In this document: positions 9,192-18,798 of the stretch, piece by piece | Numbering within the stretch: the first letter of the stretch is position 1 | Layout of the letters: every line of letters starts with the position of its first letter | Assembly (NCBI RefSeq): GCF_000015145.1 | Contig: NC_008818.1 | Span: 840,001 to 872,000, forward strand | Direction of reading: 5' to 3' | Length of the DNA: 32,000 bases | DNA from: Hyperthermus butylicus DSM 5456 | GTDB lineage: Archaea > Thermoproteota > Thermoprotei_A > Sulfolobales > Pyrodictiaceae | Notes under the pieces: model-generated | What the model was told of the DNA's origin: nothing | The model's database searches: none | The model's input: the letters and a program-made list of their open reading frames with translations, nothing else | Program-made: the position numbers and the translations under genes

Positions 9192-10397
9192 TTGAAGCTG
9201 CTACGTGTGCGCATACTTGCAAGGAAGGAGTATCTAGAGTTTATACGCGATCGACGCACAATAGTGTTAATGGCTGTTTCAGCGTTCCTCCTACCGCTCC
9301 TAGGCGTGCTTGTAACAGGACTTAAAACACAACAGGAAGCACTCGTAGCGATAGTTGACTGCGATAATGGCAGTTATTCTCTACAGTTAACAAGCCTTCT
9401 TGTCAAGACCTTCAACTCCACGCCTGGCTTTAGGGTTGAACGCATACTCGGTAACGGTTCATGTAGTCCTGTAGAGGGGGCAGTGTTAACCATAATTGTG
9501 CCGCGAGGGTTCACAGAGAATATGTCATCCATCGACAAGCCGGGCTACGTGTTTCTCTATAAGCTCGTTGGCAGTACAGCTGCAGAAGATGCTACCTCCA
9601 TAGCCAGGTACGTGGTATACCAGTTTTCGAGGCTCGTTGCTGAGCATCGTGTAGAGCTACTGGCGGAACAGGCAGGTATAAGCGTAGATCCCAAATATGT
9701 ACTTGATCCGGTGCGCGTCGCCTCCAAGACCGTGACTGTCGAGGGTAGGCCAGCAACTGAGGCTCAGGAGAGACAGGCTATGGTTGCTCGGTTCTTGGCA
9801 TTCTCTGTCTTCTTCGTGCTGAATCCGGCTGCCGTTGCAGTTGCAGACTCTATTGCTAGGGAGCGAGAGCTGGGCACCGGGGAGCTGTTAGCTGTCTCTC
9901 CCATAACAAGGTGGGAGCTCGTACTTGGAAAGACCGTTGGAGGGCTAGTTGTTGCAAGTATTGCTGCTGGCCTCGACCTGGCAGCTGCACTAGCCTACAT
10001 AGAGTTCTCCGGAGCACTAGTAGGATTTGAAATGGCTTGGTTCCACGCGCTACAGGTTGTGCTGGCCGTACTGGTTACAGCCGCTATAACAATGCTTGTC
10101 ACGCTACTAATACCTGGACGGCGCGCCGCCACCATGGTTGCTAGCCTCGTAACCGGTGCCGCGACACTAATCTTCTTTGCAACCCTCTTCGTAGACCTTA
10201 CCTCACTTCCCCCCATTATCAAGGTCGCACTCTACGCGATACCCTACACTCATACAGCACTAGCAATACTATCATACGCGCTAGGCGACACTATTACGGC
10301 ATTCCTTCACACAATGCTCATCACTGGATTAACAGTCGTCGCCATCTATGCCGCAGCGTCGCTATATAGGCCAGATAGGCTTGTTAAGAGATGGTAG
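9192..10397 (+). CDS. ABC-2 type transporter permease
   Basis: N-terminal RKEYLEFIRDRRTIVLMAVSAFLLPLLGV and a C-terminal multi-TM domain with ERELGTGELLAVSPITRWELVLGK, directly after the ATPase. Confidence 0.93.
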   Translation: MKLLRVRILARKEYLEFIRDRRTIVLMAVSAFLLPLLGVLVTGLKTQQEALVAIVDCDNGSYSLQLTSLLVKTFNSTPGFRVERILGNGSCSPVEGAVLTIIVPRGFTENMSSIDKPGYVFLYKLVGSTAAEDATSIARYVVYQFSRLVAEHRVELLAEQAGISVDPKYVLDPVRVASKTVTVEGRPATEAQERQAMVARFLAFSVFFVLNPAAVAVADSIARERELGTGELLAVSPITRWELVLGKTVGGLVVASIAAGLDLAAALAYIEFSGALVGFEMAWFHALQVVLAVLVTAAITMLVTLLIPGRRAATMVASLVTGAATLIFFATLFVDLTSLPPIIKVALYAIPYTHTALAILSYALGDTITAFLHTMLITGLTVVAIYAAASLYRPDRLVKRW

Positions 10398-10917
10398 ACA
10401 TGTGCAGGGATGATGTCTGCGCCGCCGCAGACGAACCCCCGGCGAGCCCCAGGCAAGGAAAGACCGGAGGGGGCGATGAGCGGGGAGGCCGCACTGACCC
10501 CGCTAAATCTGGCTACACCCAGTACGTTAAACAACCTGGCAAGCAGCGCCAGACGATACCGCGAAAACAAGTATATGAAACTCGCTGGCGGCAGCCTATA
10601 CCTTGAGAATCCTTGAACCCCATCTAGAGTTATTGGAGGCTAAAACTTCAAGTTATTGTTGCATCCCACGGCCAGACCATGTTCATGACGTCTTCCCTTC
10701 TATTGTTAGTAAACTCCAAACCACCTACGTTATACTACGATATATTACGTGATCGGTGCCACTCACTGCACATGCTAAGCTATACCACTGCTATTATTCC
10801 ACATGCTATGCATCAGCCTATCACGTTCATTGCCTCAGCGGGTTACACATAAACACTCATAAACGCTGGTCCGTTGACCAAGATGATAGGTGAAGAGTTA
10901 GAGATTACACCCTCTCT

Positions 10918-11208
10918 TTACCTACTATCCACATTATTTCTTTTTTCACTAAACACACTCTCATAGTCCAATATACGGCCAAGGGTTCTCCTACATTCCG
11001 TCACGCCTTTAACGTATTTTGTAACCTCCCCTTCCCGGAAAGAGACCAGCGCGAGCCTTTTATCAGCATCGTATTCCATATACTTTACGTTGCTAGCATT
11101 TACTGCCAGACTTTCAAAGAAGCGGCGCGGGTTCTCTACTGCACACAGGCTATCGGTGCTAAACACGCCTTTATCTGCATGCAATACCACCCTCCCATTC
11201 ATGAGCAC
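10918..11208 (-). CDS. small hypothetical protein
   Basis: 96 aa ORF in an otherwise AT-rich gap; no motif. Confidence 0.4.
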   Translation of the reverse strand: MLMNGRVVLHADKGVFSTDSLCAVENPRRFFESLAVNASNVKYMEYDADKRLALVSFREGEVTKYVKGVTECRRTLGRILDYESVFSEKRNNVDSR

Positions 11209-11805
11209 TGTTACCGTATCGGCTTCCAGAATTGCTGGCGTAACGACATGATATGCTCTAATGTATTATTTGATTCTAGTTACCTTAAGGTATAACTCGC
11301 AGCTAGAAGCTCTGACATGCAGGCAGTTTTACACTCTTGCTGCAACGCTCATTGCTGTGCCGATGCCGGCGTAGTAGAACTCGATAACCGTTATCTTGCC
11401 GCTCGGGAAAGCTGATGCCTCTGCGAGCTATGTTAGCTTTGCTGACTAGAGATAATGTTATTGAATTCTGGATGAAACAACAAATAAAAAGTTCGTTCTT
11501 TATGATATTGAACCTTGTCACTGATTGTATTTGCCGTAAGGCCATGCCATAGATAGGGCTGTAGTATACATAGGGGCTACTTTCATGGTTTAGCTTAATG
11601 ACTATGCAAAAACTAAGATTAGTATGAATGAAAAGCTAGATCTATAACTATTGCGGATAAAAGGTAAGCTTGACGGGCTGTATAAAGGTGCAAGCAGGTA
11701 GCTGCCGTTGCTCTTGTTAGCGCAGCGACAATCTGGTATTTATATTGGAATAACGACGAATGATGGCTACATGGATAGTACGTTGCTCTGGTGCTGTATT
11801 GATCG

Positions 11806-12654
11806 CTACTTTGGCATTGCTATTACAATTTCTTGCAGTGAATTGTATTGGGATAAGCTGATTATGTGTGTTTCATAGTCGCTGTTTGCTAGTATTGCTT
11901 CTATTTTCTCAGCTATTTTCCTACCATGTACCTCTACTACAATCTGTTTAATTAGTTCAGGATTTAGTATTCCCATTTTTGCAGCATCCTGAATTATTTT
12001 CTCTTCATGGCCTTCAACATCAATCTTCATTAGGTCAATCTGGCTTAGCCCATGTTCCCTGAGTAGAGTCGCCAGACGTACTGTTCTCGTTGAAATGATG
12101 TATGACGGACTGCTCCATCCTAGCTGTTTCAGATAGCTTGTTTCAAGCGATGCATTTGCCCAGTATGGGGGAACGTAAAGGCGTGCTAGGCATCCATCGC
12201 AGATTGATACTGCTCTAGGATCTACGCGGGCCACGCTCTGGAGCTGGTTGAACTGGAGATTTCGGTATAGTATGCTGCGCGCGTGGTGGTTTGGCTCAAC
12301 CACTATAAACAGACCTTGCCTGTTTACGAGTTGAGCTGCACGAATAGTGAAGAAGCCTAGATATGCGCCTATGTCCACTATGGTGGAGCCAGGTTTTATT
12401 TTAACCGTTGTCCCGAGCTGGTAGTCGTTAAAGCAGAATATGTGGAGTATATTTGCCCAGGCCTCGGGGAGCTGGCTGCATGGTACTGCAAGCCTGGCAC
12501 CCTTCACTATTACCGTCAGCTCAGTGCAGCATATCCCGCCGGCCTCTACTGCCTCAATGAGCTGAGCTATACTGTGCTCGTCTATGCATCCTTTAGAGTT
12601 TTCTGCGAGCCAGGCAATGTATTCCCTGTCACTCATAGGTTCTGTTTGGCTCAA
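11806..12654 (-). CDS. FkbM-family SAM-dependent methyltransferase
   Basis: GSTIVDIGAYLGFFTIRAAQL, EPNHHARSILYRNL, and IDLMKIDVEGHEEKII motifs. Confidence 0.92.
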   Translation of the reverse strand: MSQTEPMSDREYIAWLAENSKGCIDEHSIAQLIEAVEAGGICCTELTVIVKGARLAVPCSQLPEAWANILHIFCFNDYQLGTTVKIKPGSTIVDIGAYLGFFTIRAAQLVNRQGLFIVVEPNHHARSILYRNLQFNQLQSVARVDPRAVSICDGCLARLYVPPYWANASLETSYLKQLGWSSPSYIISTRTVRLATLLREHGLSQIDLMKIDVEGHEEKIIQDAAKMGILNPELIKQIVVEVHGRKIAEKIEAILANSDYETHIISLSQYNSLQEIVIAMPK

Positions 12655-12718
12655 AAGGTTCCCCCAGAAATGACGTCATGCTACACGATATTAGGCTTAG
12701 CCAGCTAGACTAGATAGG

Positions 12719-12790
12719 ATGGGGATGAGGCTCTGGGGGCTCCACGAGCCCCAGGAGGGGCTGTGAAGAATAGTCCCATCACCGACCCAT
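12719..12790 (+). ncRNA. box C/D guide sRNA candidate (sR-4) with variant boxes
   Basis: C ATGAGGC 12725-12731, 12 nt, D' ACGA 12744-12747, hairpin AGCCCC-AGGA-GGGGCT 12747-12762, C' GTGAAGA 12763-12769, 12 nt ATAGTCCCATCA, D CCGA 12782-12785. Terminal stem ATGGG/CCCAT; TATA-like GATATTAG at 12687-12694. Confidence 0.77.
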
Positions 12791-12840
12791 GACTTGGGAG
12801 TTAAGGTATTAGGGCTCTACAGCGTCAAGCTCCTGCCTCT

Positions 12841-12918
12841 GGCGGGTGATGAGCTGGGTCCTTCCGGTTGCCCGCGGAGGCTGCCAAGCCGATGTCGATG
12901 GTTTCGCGCACTGACGTT
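12841..12918 (+). ncRNA. possible box C/D sRNA (sR-7), internal boxes degenerate
   Basis: Canonical C GTGATGA 12846-12852 and D CTGA 12911-12914, with a weak terminal stem GGCG/CGTT. C' candidate ATGTCGA 12892-12898 is 12 nt before D. D' is not recognisable. Confidence 0.4.
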
Positions 12919-12939
12919 CAATAAGGGGGTGAGCAATGG

Positions 12940-14244
12940 TTGCGGCTTAAGGTTCTAGGATGTAGCGGTGTTGGAGGCATTGTCGATGCTCCGGCATCAC
13001 TCTGGGATGCCTTGGTAAAGCTAGCACTCGTAGCCATTAAGGGGGAAGGCAGAGTCGAAGGTGTTCCTGCTTCAAGCAGGTGTATCCGGAGCCTACTTGA
13101 CCTAATGCGTGGACTTGGCTTTGACGTACGGCTCGCTGCTGGAGTTGTAGAAGCTAAACATGTAAGTGAGCCGAGACGCAGCATTAGCGTTAATATCGAC
13201 TGTGGACTCTTCCTCGGAGCTATCGCCCTAGCAGTAGCATCTCAGTACCTGGAGCCTGGTGTAACACTTGTACTGAGGGCCCGAAACGAGAGACTGTTAA
13301 AGGCTGATCTGCGGGGCCTGCTTGAGTTTGCTACTGCTCTTGGCTTGCGGGCATGGCCAGGTGGATCGCTTTCACGCCTAGTTATCGTTGAAGCTACGAG
13401 TGTTGGACCACTTGCAAGACCAATTAAGCTCTATACGGGGCAAGGCTACATTGCTGCTGCAGCTCTTCTAGCCCTGGCAGGGAGAGGCGGTACACTCTAC
13501 CTGCCACCTTGGAAGCCTCTTCGGGGGAGAAGAAGGCTAGAACACGTAGCAGCAATATTATCCGCTTTGGGTTACCTAGTCGAAACCACCACAATAATCC
13601 GGGTCAAACCCAGCGAGGGTAAGGCAGAGCTTAGGGTAGCGCAGGGCTATGCTGAAACCCTCCTGTTAGCTGCTCTTGTTGCTCCCTGTGCCAGGGGAGG
13701 CATCATAGAGGTTCAAGGACTCCCCGAGCAACAGTGGGGCGATGAGAAGGATGTTGAGTATCTACTAGCAGCCATGGGATACAACATTGAACGTAACTGC
13801 AGCAGAGGAGTATGCAGCTTGAAACTGCGCTGGGAGGAGCCCAGGAGCCTTACATTCAGTGTAGAGGAGTCCCCAAGCCTCGCCTATGGCGTTACAGCGC
13901 ATGCAGCAGCTTGGGGTAACACTGTAGTGTCAGGACTTGCCACACTTGCTAATGAAGTACCTGGAGTCGAGACTGTTGAAAAGGCTCTCCAAATGCTCGG
14001 CGTGGAGGCCTATCTTGAGGAGGCTGGCGACCGCCTATACGTTGGGGAAATACCATTAGAGCTACAGGAAGGCTACATACCTGTTTTAGAGTGCTTAGGG
14101 AGTCCGCTAGCATGTTCAGCTGCTATAGCGTTGCTTCACCGGCTTGGCAAGGGAGCAGTAAACGGCGTCGAAAGCCTCGACGACCATGCTCCCGGCGTAC
14201 TTGAAGCAGCCCTAAAGCTCGGCATGGCGATCGACATAGCCTAG
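12940..14244 (+). CDS. EPSP synthase (AroA)-like fold protein, divergent; TTG start
   Basis: Two-domain EPT pattern, e.g. LYTGQGYIAAAALLALA and C-terminal VNGVESLDDHAPGVLEAALKLG, but the usual catalytic motifs are missing. Confidence 0.72.
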   Translation: MRLKVLGCSGVGGIVDAPASLWDALVKLALVAIKGEGRVEGVPASSRCIRSLLDLMRGLGFDVRLAAGVVEAKHVSEPRRSISVNIDCGLFLGAIALAVASQYLEPGVTLVLRARNERLLKADLRGLLEFATALGLRAWPGGSLSRLVIVEATSVGPLARPIKLYTGQGYIAAAALLALAGRGGTLYLPPWKPLRGRRRLEHVAAILSALGYLVETTTIIRVKPSEGKAELRVAQGYAETLLLAALVAPCARGGIIEVQGLPEQQWGDEKDVEYLLAAMGYNIERNCSRGVCSLKLRWEEPRSLTFSVEESPSLAYGVTAHAAAWGNTVVSGLATLANEVPGVETVEKALQMLGVEAYLEEAGDRLYVGEIPLELQEGYIPVLECLGSPLACSAAIALLHRLGKGAVNGVESLDDHAPGVLEAALKLGMAIDIA

Positions 14245-14248
14245 CAGA

Positions 14249-14518
14249 ATGCTAAACCTTTATTTCCAAGAACCCGCTCTTCCCGGCAGCTTCTCTGGGG
14301 AGCTAGGCATGCCCGTAGGCCGCAAGTACACAGCATACCGTAAAGCACTAGAGCAGTTGAAGCTTAAGCAGCTAGACGTATACCGCTACAAGGATCACGA
14401 CGAGATCCGCCTACTCACACCCGACAACCGTGTCGTACTCGTTAAGCTGCCCAAGCACCGTGAAGAGATGACGGTTGAAGAGTTCATCGAGACTATTAAG
14501 AAAGAGCTAAGGCTCTAG
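14249..14518 (+). CDS. small conserved hypothetical protein; true start probably ATG at 14309 (MPVGRKYTAY...)
   Basis: Compact charged C-terminal ORF just after the AroA-like gene, overlapping thyX by 12 nt in convergent orientation. Confidence 0.65.
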   Translation: MLNLYFQEPALPGSFSGELGMPVGRKYTAYRKALEQLKLKQLDVYRYKDHDEIRLLTPDNRVVLVKLPKHREEMTVEEFIETIKKELRL

Positions 14519-15454
14519 CCCACCCCCGGTTTTTGCTGCATGCCTAAGGCATGACGGTATACCTTCGCGCGGCACCATCTCTGGACATCGCTGTATTGCG
14601 AAGCCACATCTTCTCTCTAGGAAGTCTACTAGTCTGCATGGCTGGTCGCGTACCCGGTTTTCCATGTAGACACAGCGTGGCCCAGCATAGGCGAATATCT
14701 CTGGGTGTATCCGGACTAGCTCTTTCCAGGCGCGCCATGCCAGCATCCTTATCTCCCATTGTGCATGGCTACACATGCGGAGCGGTAGGAAGCTCTCTAG
14801 GAGCTCTCTAGCATTCATAGTGAACACAATACGTGTACGGACAGCTTGGGGCAACAAGAATCTAGCATCCTCCCTCGGCACGCCAAGGCTTAGTAACCGA
14901 TAATACTTTGCAGCAGCTAGAAGATACGCTTCGACAGCCCCCCGGAGAGTTACATTATCGCCCGTAAGGCTTGGCGGGATGACAAATCCTTTAGATGCTA
15001 TGGACGCTAACGTAGCCGTATCAAGCACTGATACAGCTTTCTCCAGTACCAAAGCATAGGCTTCGTAGTCGCTGCGACCCCGCGGCTTCTCCGCACACTC
15101 CACGCCTAGAGCCTTACAGAGCTCTAGAGCCATGTTGCGTAGGAAGCCCTCTGTATACCTCATACTCTGCTGGGTATAGCTCGCAATACGGTGACGGACA
15201 AGCTGATGACTACACACACGGCTACACTCAGCCTCGAACGTGTACACGGCATGCTCCAAGGGAGAACCATGACCACGTCTTATAAGCTCCATAATCCATC
15301 GTTCAACCCCAGCCTCATCCATCTCCCAGGCTTTCTCGACTGGCTTCTTTGACACCGTGATCCGGGCAGCTGCCGCCACAAGCCGAGGAGCATCCTTGGT
15401 ATACCTTAGCAACCTAAGCCGAACAGGAGGTTCAAGTACCACTGTGGATTGCAA
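14507..15454 (-). CDS. thyX: flavin-dependent thymidylate synthase
   Basis: ThyX signature RHRIASYTQQSMRY, and HAQWEIRMLAWRAWKEL near the C-terminus. Confidence 0.95.
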   Translation of the reverse strand: MQSTVVLEPPVRLRLLRYTKDAPRLVAAAARITVSKKPVEKAWEMDEAGVERWIMELIRRGHGSPLEHAVYTFEAECSRVCSHQLVRHRIASYTQQSMRYTEGFLRNMALELCKALGVECAEKPRGRSDYEAYALVLEKAVSVLDTATLASIASKGFVIPPSLTGDNVTLRGAVEAYLLAAAKYYRLLSLGVPREDARFLLPQAVRTRIVFTMNARELLESFLPLRMCSHAQWEIRMLAWRAWKELVRIHPEIFAYAGPRCVYMENRVRDQPCRLVDFLERRCGFAIQRCPEMVPREGIPSCLRHAAKTGGGLEP

Positions 15455-15548
15455 TACTACCCTCAGAGAGACATATAGTGACGAGACTACAGGGAATGAG
15501 CTGTGGCCAGATAATACTTCACTTCATTAGGAAAAGGATATCCCAGGA

Positions 15549-18530
15549 CTAGAGTTCACAATGTTTACATGTGCTATTCTCTGTTAGCTCTACTACTACC
15601 TCGTCACCATTTGTCTCTGTTTGTTTAGTCTCGAATAGCTCTGTTGCGCGCTTGTCTTTTTCTAGCTCGGATAGCTTCATACGCTTTTTGAGGTGTATCA
15701 TCCTCATGGCTTTACGGTCTTTCTGCTGGCTAGGCTGCCATGCCTTCCCCCTTATAGGTGATTGTGGTATCTCTTTATGTTCGCCGCCAAAGTAGATTAC
15801 TTGGACTCCCTTGCTCTCGTCGCGATACACTGTTACTCCCTTGAGGCCTCCTAGCCATGCCACGAGGTATGCTGTGTAAACCTCGTCTTTTGTAGCATCC
15901 TTTCTCAAGTTTATGGTCTTGCTTATTGCTTGATCTACGTAGAGCTGGGCTGCTATCTGGTGTGCTAGGTGGTACCATAGGTCAAAATCCATACTCATTG
16001 TGAAGAGCCTAGCTAGCTTCTCTACCTCTGCAAGGAAGCCATTCATTATACCCATTTGTATAAGCTTCTCTCTTACCTCCCCTAGGGCCCAGCGTAAACT
16101 ACCCTTATGCCTGCCTATAGTCTCGTAGACCACTTTTACAGCATCTAGTGGCACATTGTATCTCCTTGCAGCCTCCAAGAGCTTCTCGCGGAAAGGCTTC
16201 ACGACCTCCAGGAACTCACCTATTGCTACTACACGCCTATATACGAGGGCGAAGTACGGTTCTATGCCACTACTGGTACCAGCTATGATGCTTATCGTGC
16301 CTGTAGGTGCAACTGTTGTCATAACAGTGTTTCTCGGCGCCCTGGCCCCAAGGCTCCTACCGTAAGCTTTCAATACCTTCCAGGCCGCCTCGGGATTATA
16401 GACTGCAAGCGCTAGTAGCAGCTTGGGGCTATTGACAACTATGACTGGACTGCTCCGGAGAGCCCTCTCATAATCCTCCCTCGTAACTCCGAAGACCTCG
16501 CGGAGCACCTTCTCCACAGCTTCCCAGCGCACTAGCTTGACCGTACCGTTAGGCTCTATGCGGCTTTTAGCTTCGCCTACAAGTCTTTCCAGCATATCCT
16601 CGGGTATCTCAACTGCGTGATAGCATACTTTGAGCCAGCCATCCTCTACACGGGAGATCCTAGAGGCCTTTAGTAGTGCCGGCGTGTGCAGCTCCACTAG
16701 CTCCTCTGGCTCAGCCTTCTCCACGCATCTCATACTCTTCCAGTCGTACCTCCTACACTCGAATGCAGGGGCATGGCCTAGCTTGGCGCCTAGCTCCCAG
16801 CTACGCTTCCAGCTATACACCTCCAATGCTGCCATGACTATGAGTGTAAATGCTACTGCCTCCTCGCTATCGTAGGGATAGCCTAGCTTTGCAAGAGCAT
16901 CGGCTAGGCCCATTATGCCTAGGCCTATCTTCCTAGTAAACTTGTTTGCAACTGTCTGCCTCGGGTCAGGGTGCTTGTTAAAGTCTATTACGGCATCCAT
17001 GGAGTCAACAGCTAGTTGTATGTCGCTCATAAACTGGGCCAGGTCAAACTTTCCATCGGAGATGTACTTGTCTATGCTCATGCTGCCAAGATTGCATGAC
17101 TCGAAGGGGTATAGGGGCTGCTCGCCGCATGGATTGGTGGCATAGACTGCTCCTAGCCATGGTGTTGGGTTCCACTTGTTGTGGTTGTCTGGGAAGAATA
17201 GGCCGGGGTCTCCGCTTGCCCAAGCGTTCTCGACTATCTTCTCCCAAAGCTTGCGCGCAGGATACTTCCAGGCATATGGATTCTTTTGTTCCGGACTAGT
17301 TTCCCAACCTGTGTATCTTGCTTGCTCTTTGAGCGCCTCCAATGCTTTTGTCTTTGCCTCCTCTAGAACGTCTTCAAAGATGTTTAGGTACGGGTTTTCT
17401 AGTAGCCAAGGATACCTCTCCAATAGCTCTCCAAGTCTACCCAGGCCGGTTGCCCTTGAAACACTATAGTGTAGCCGGTAGACCCCGTCGCCGCTATCGC
17501 TGTAGCGGGGGTTTACCATCCACCAGTCTTCGCCCCGGAGTATTGCCTGCATGAATGCATCGTTTGCTGCTACACTTATGTTGAAGTTTGTAAGGTTAGC
17601 ATCCTGCAATGGCGGCTCTTTGGCTTGTATAAAGCCGGCATCTTCAACTGTTTCCCAACCCTCCTCACTAAGCCTCATTACTATCTCTTTGTAGACCGGG
17701 TCTATCTCATAGCCCTCCCTCTCTAGATGCTCGATTAACCGTTTAGTCGTGTCTATCAATGCCTTCAGCTGTGGCGGGAGCATGTTGCGGAGGGCATGCC
17801 AGGGATTGAAGTGAGGGTTATATATGTCAGGATGCCAGGCATGCATTATGCCCATGTTTGCTCCGCGCCGCTTACCACCCTGCTTCACAGTCTCAGTAAC
17901 CATGTCGTAGATTTGCATGAAGCTTAGTGGACCGGAGGCTTGGCCACCAGTACTCCTCACAATATCCCATCTTGGTCTTAGCTCGCTAAAGCTGAAGCCT
18001 TGACCCCCACCCCACTTGAACGTCATAGCCTGTACAGTGGCAGCATCCATAATGGCTTTCATGTCGTCATATACCGGTGTTACATAGCATGCTGAAAGAG
18101 TACCATAGGCACCATCAACATACATGTTGAATAGGGTAGGAGAGTTAAACATGAACTTGCGAGCTATAAGTAAACGGTAAAGCTTGACTGGGTCAACCCT
18201 CGTGGAGAACCCCCATGCAACTCTAGCCATAACCATTGAAGGTGTTTCCATCGGTACTCCATACTCGTTACGTACCATGTATCTTGCTAGAAGGACTCGT
18301 ATAGCATTGTATGTGAAGCCCTTGTCCTCGGGGCAAATTTCATCCTTTTCAACACATTCCGGTAATCCTACCAGCCTGCCGCCATTGGGGGCAAGCTCAC
18401 GATATGCCTTACGGACAAATGCATAGATTTCGCGTAGTAGCAGCTCCTTTGCCTTCTCTTCGGCCTCTGGCTTGTATAGACTTTCCCTTATCAGCTCAAG
18501 TTGTTCTCGGTCGCTACTAGTCATTAGCAC
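15549..18530 (-). CDS. nrdJ: adenosylcobalamin-dependent (class II) ribonucleotide reductase
   Basis: FNSPTLFN, FKWGGGQGFSFSELR, NPCGEQPLYPFESCNLGS, and APTGTISIIAGTSSGIEPYFA motifs. C-terminal CKHCEL. Confidence 0.95.
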   Translation of the reverse strand: MLMTSSDREQLELIRESLYKPEAEEKAKELLLREIYAFVRKAYRELAPNGGRLVGLPECVEKDEICPEDKGFTYNAIRVLLARYMVRNEYGVPMETPSMVMARVAWGFSTRVDPVKLYRLLIARKFMFNSPTLFNMYVDGAYGTLSACYVTPVYDDMKAIMDAATVQAMTFKWGGGQGFSFSELRPRWDIVRSTGGQASGPLSFMQIYDMVTETVKQGGKRRGANMGIMHAWHPDIYNPHFNPWHALRNMLPPQLKALIDTTKRLIEHLEREGYEIDPVYKEIVMRLSEEGWETVEDAGFIQAKEPPLQDANLTNFNISVAANDAFMQAILRGEDWWMVNPRYSDSGDGVYRLHYSVSRATGLGRLGELLERYPWLLENPYLNIFEDVLEEAKTKALEALKEQARYTGWETSPEQKNPYAWKYPARKLWEKIVENAWASGDPGLFFPDNHNKWNPTPWLGAVYATNPCGEQPLYPFESCNLGSMSIDKYISDGKFDLAQFMSDIQLAVDSMDAVIDFNKHPDPRQTVANKFTRKIGLGIMGLADALAKLGYPYDSEEAVAFTLIVMAALEVYSWKRSWELGAKLGHAPAFECRRYDWKSMRCVEKAEPEELVELHTPALLKASRISRVEDGWLKVCYHAVEIPEDMLERLVGEAKSRIEPNGTVKLVRWEAVEKVLREVFGVTREDYERALRSSPVIVVNSPKLLLALAVYNPEAAWKVLKAYGRSLGARAPRNTVMTTVAPTGTISIIAGTSSGIEPYFALVYRRVVAIGEFLEVVKPFREKLLEAARRYNVPLDAVKVVYETIGRHKGSLRWALGEVREKLIQMGIMNGFLAEVEKLARLFTMSMDFDLWYHLAHQIAAQLYVDQAISKTINLRKDATKDEVYTAYLVAWLGGLKGVTVYRDESKGVQVIYFGGEHKEIPQSPIRGKAWQPSQQKDRKAMRMIHLKKRMKLSELEKDKRATELFETKQTETNGDEVVVELTENSTCKHCEL

Positions 18531-18798
18531 TGCGGACCCCTAAGAGTAGGATCTATCCGCCGCCCTTTCGCTACCTGGTTAATGACGCGAGAGTAGTACC
18601 TTATGAGTATAAGGCCTAGCTGATAGCTGCCACCATATACCCCAATATCAACACGTGATGCTTAGCTAGGGCTTGTCTGCAGGCTTAGCGGTAATATCCG
18701 TGATACCTCCAGTTCACATTTGGGAGTTATGCTGCCTGTCAGGCCTGACTGAAGTGAGGCTAGGTAATGCTTATAGCTGGTAATACTTTGGGATTGAG

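Noticed and set aside
10346-10616. Overlapping small ORFs on both strands downstream of the ABC permease
   Set aside because: Low-complexity composition and mutual overlap; no credible homology pattern.
12757-12777. GGGGCT...AGTCCC hairpin as an intrinsic terminator for sR-4
   Set aside because: No following T-run, and it overlaps box-spaced sequence. Better explained as an alternative fold within the sRNA.
15455-15548. GTGACGA near the thyX start as a possible C box
   Set aside because: No CTGA or CCGA at an appropriate distance and no closing stem.
18541-18798. GTGATGC, GTGATAC and CTGACTGA strings in the gap upstream of nrdJ
   Set aside because: Spacing does not fit a C-D'-C'-D layout and no terminal stem could be drawn. 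Left unannotated.
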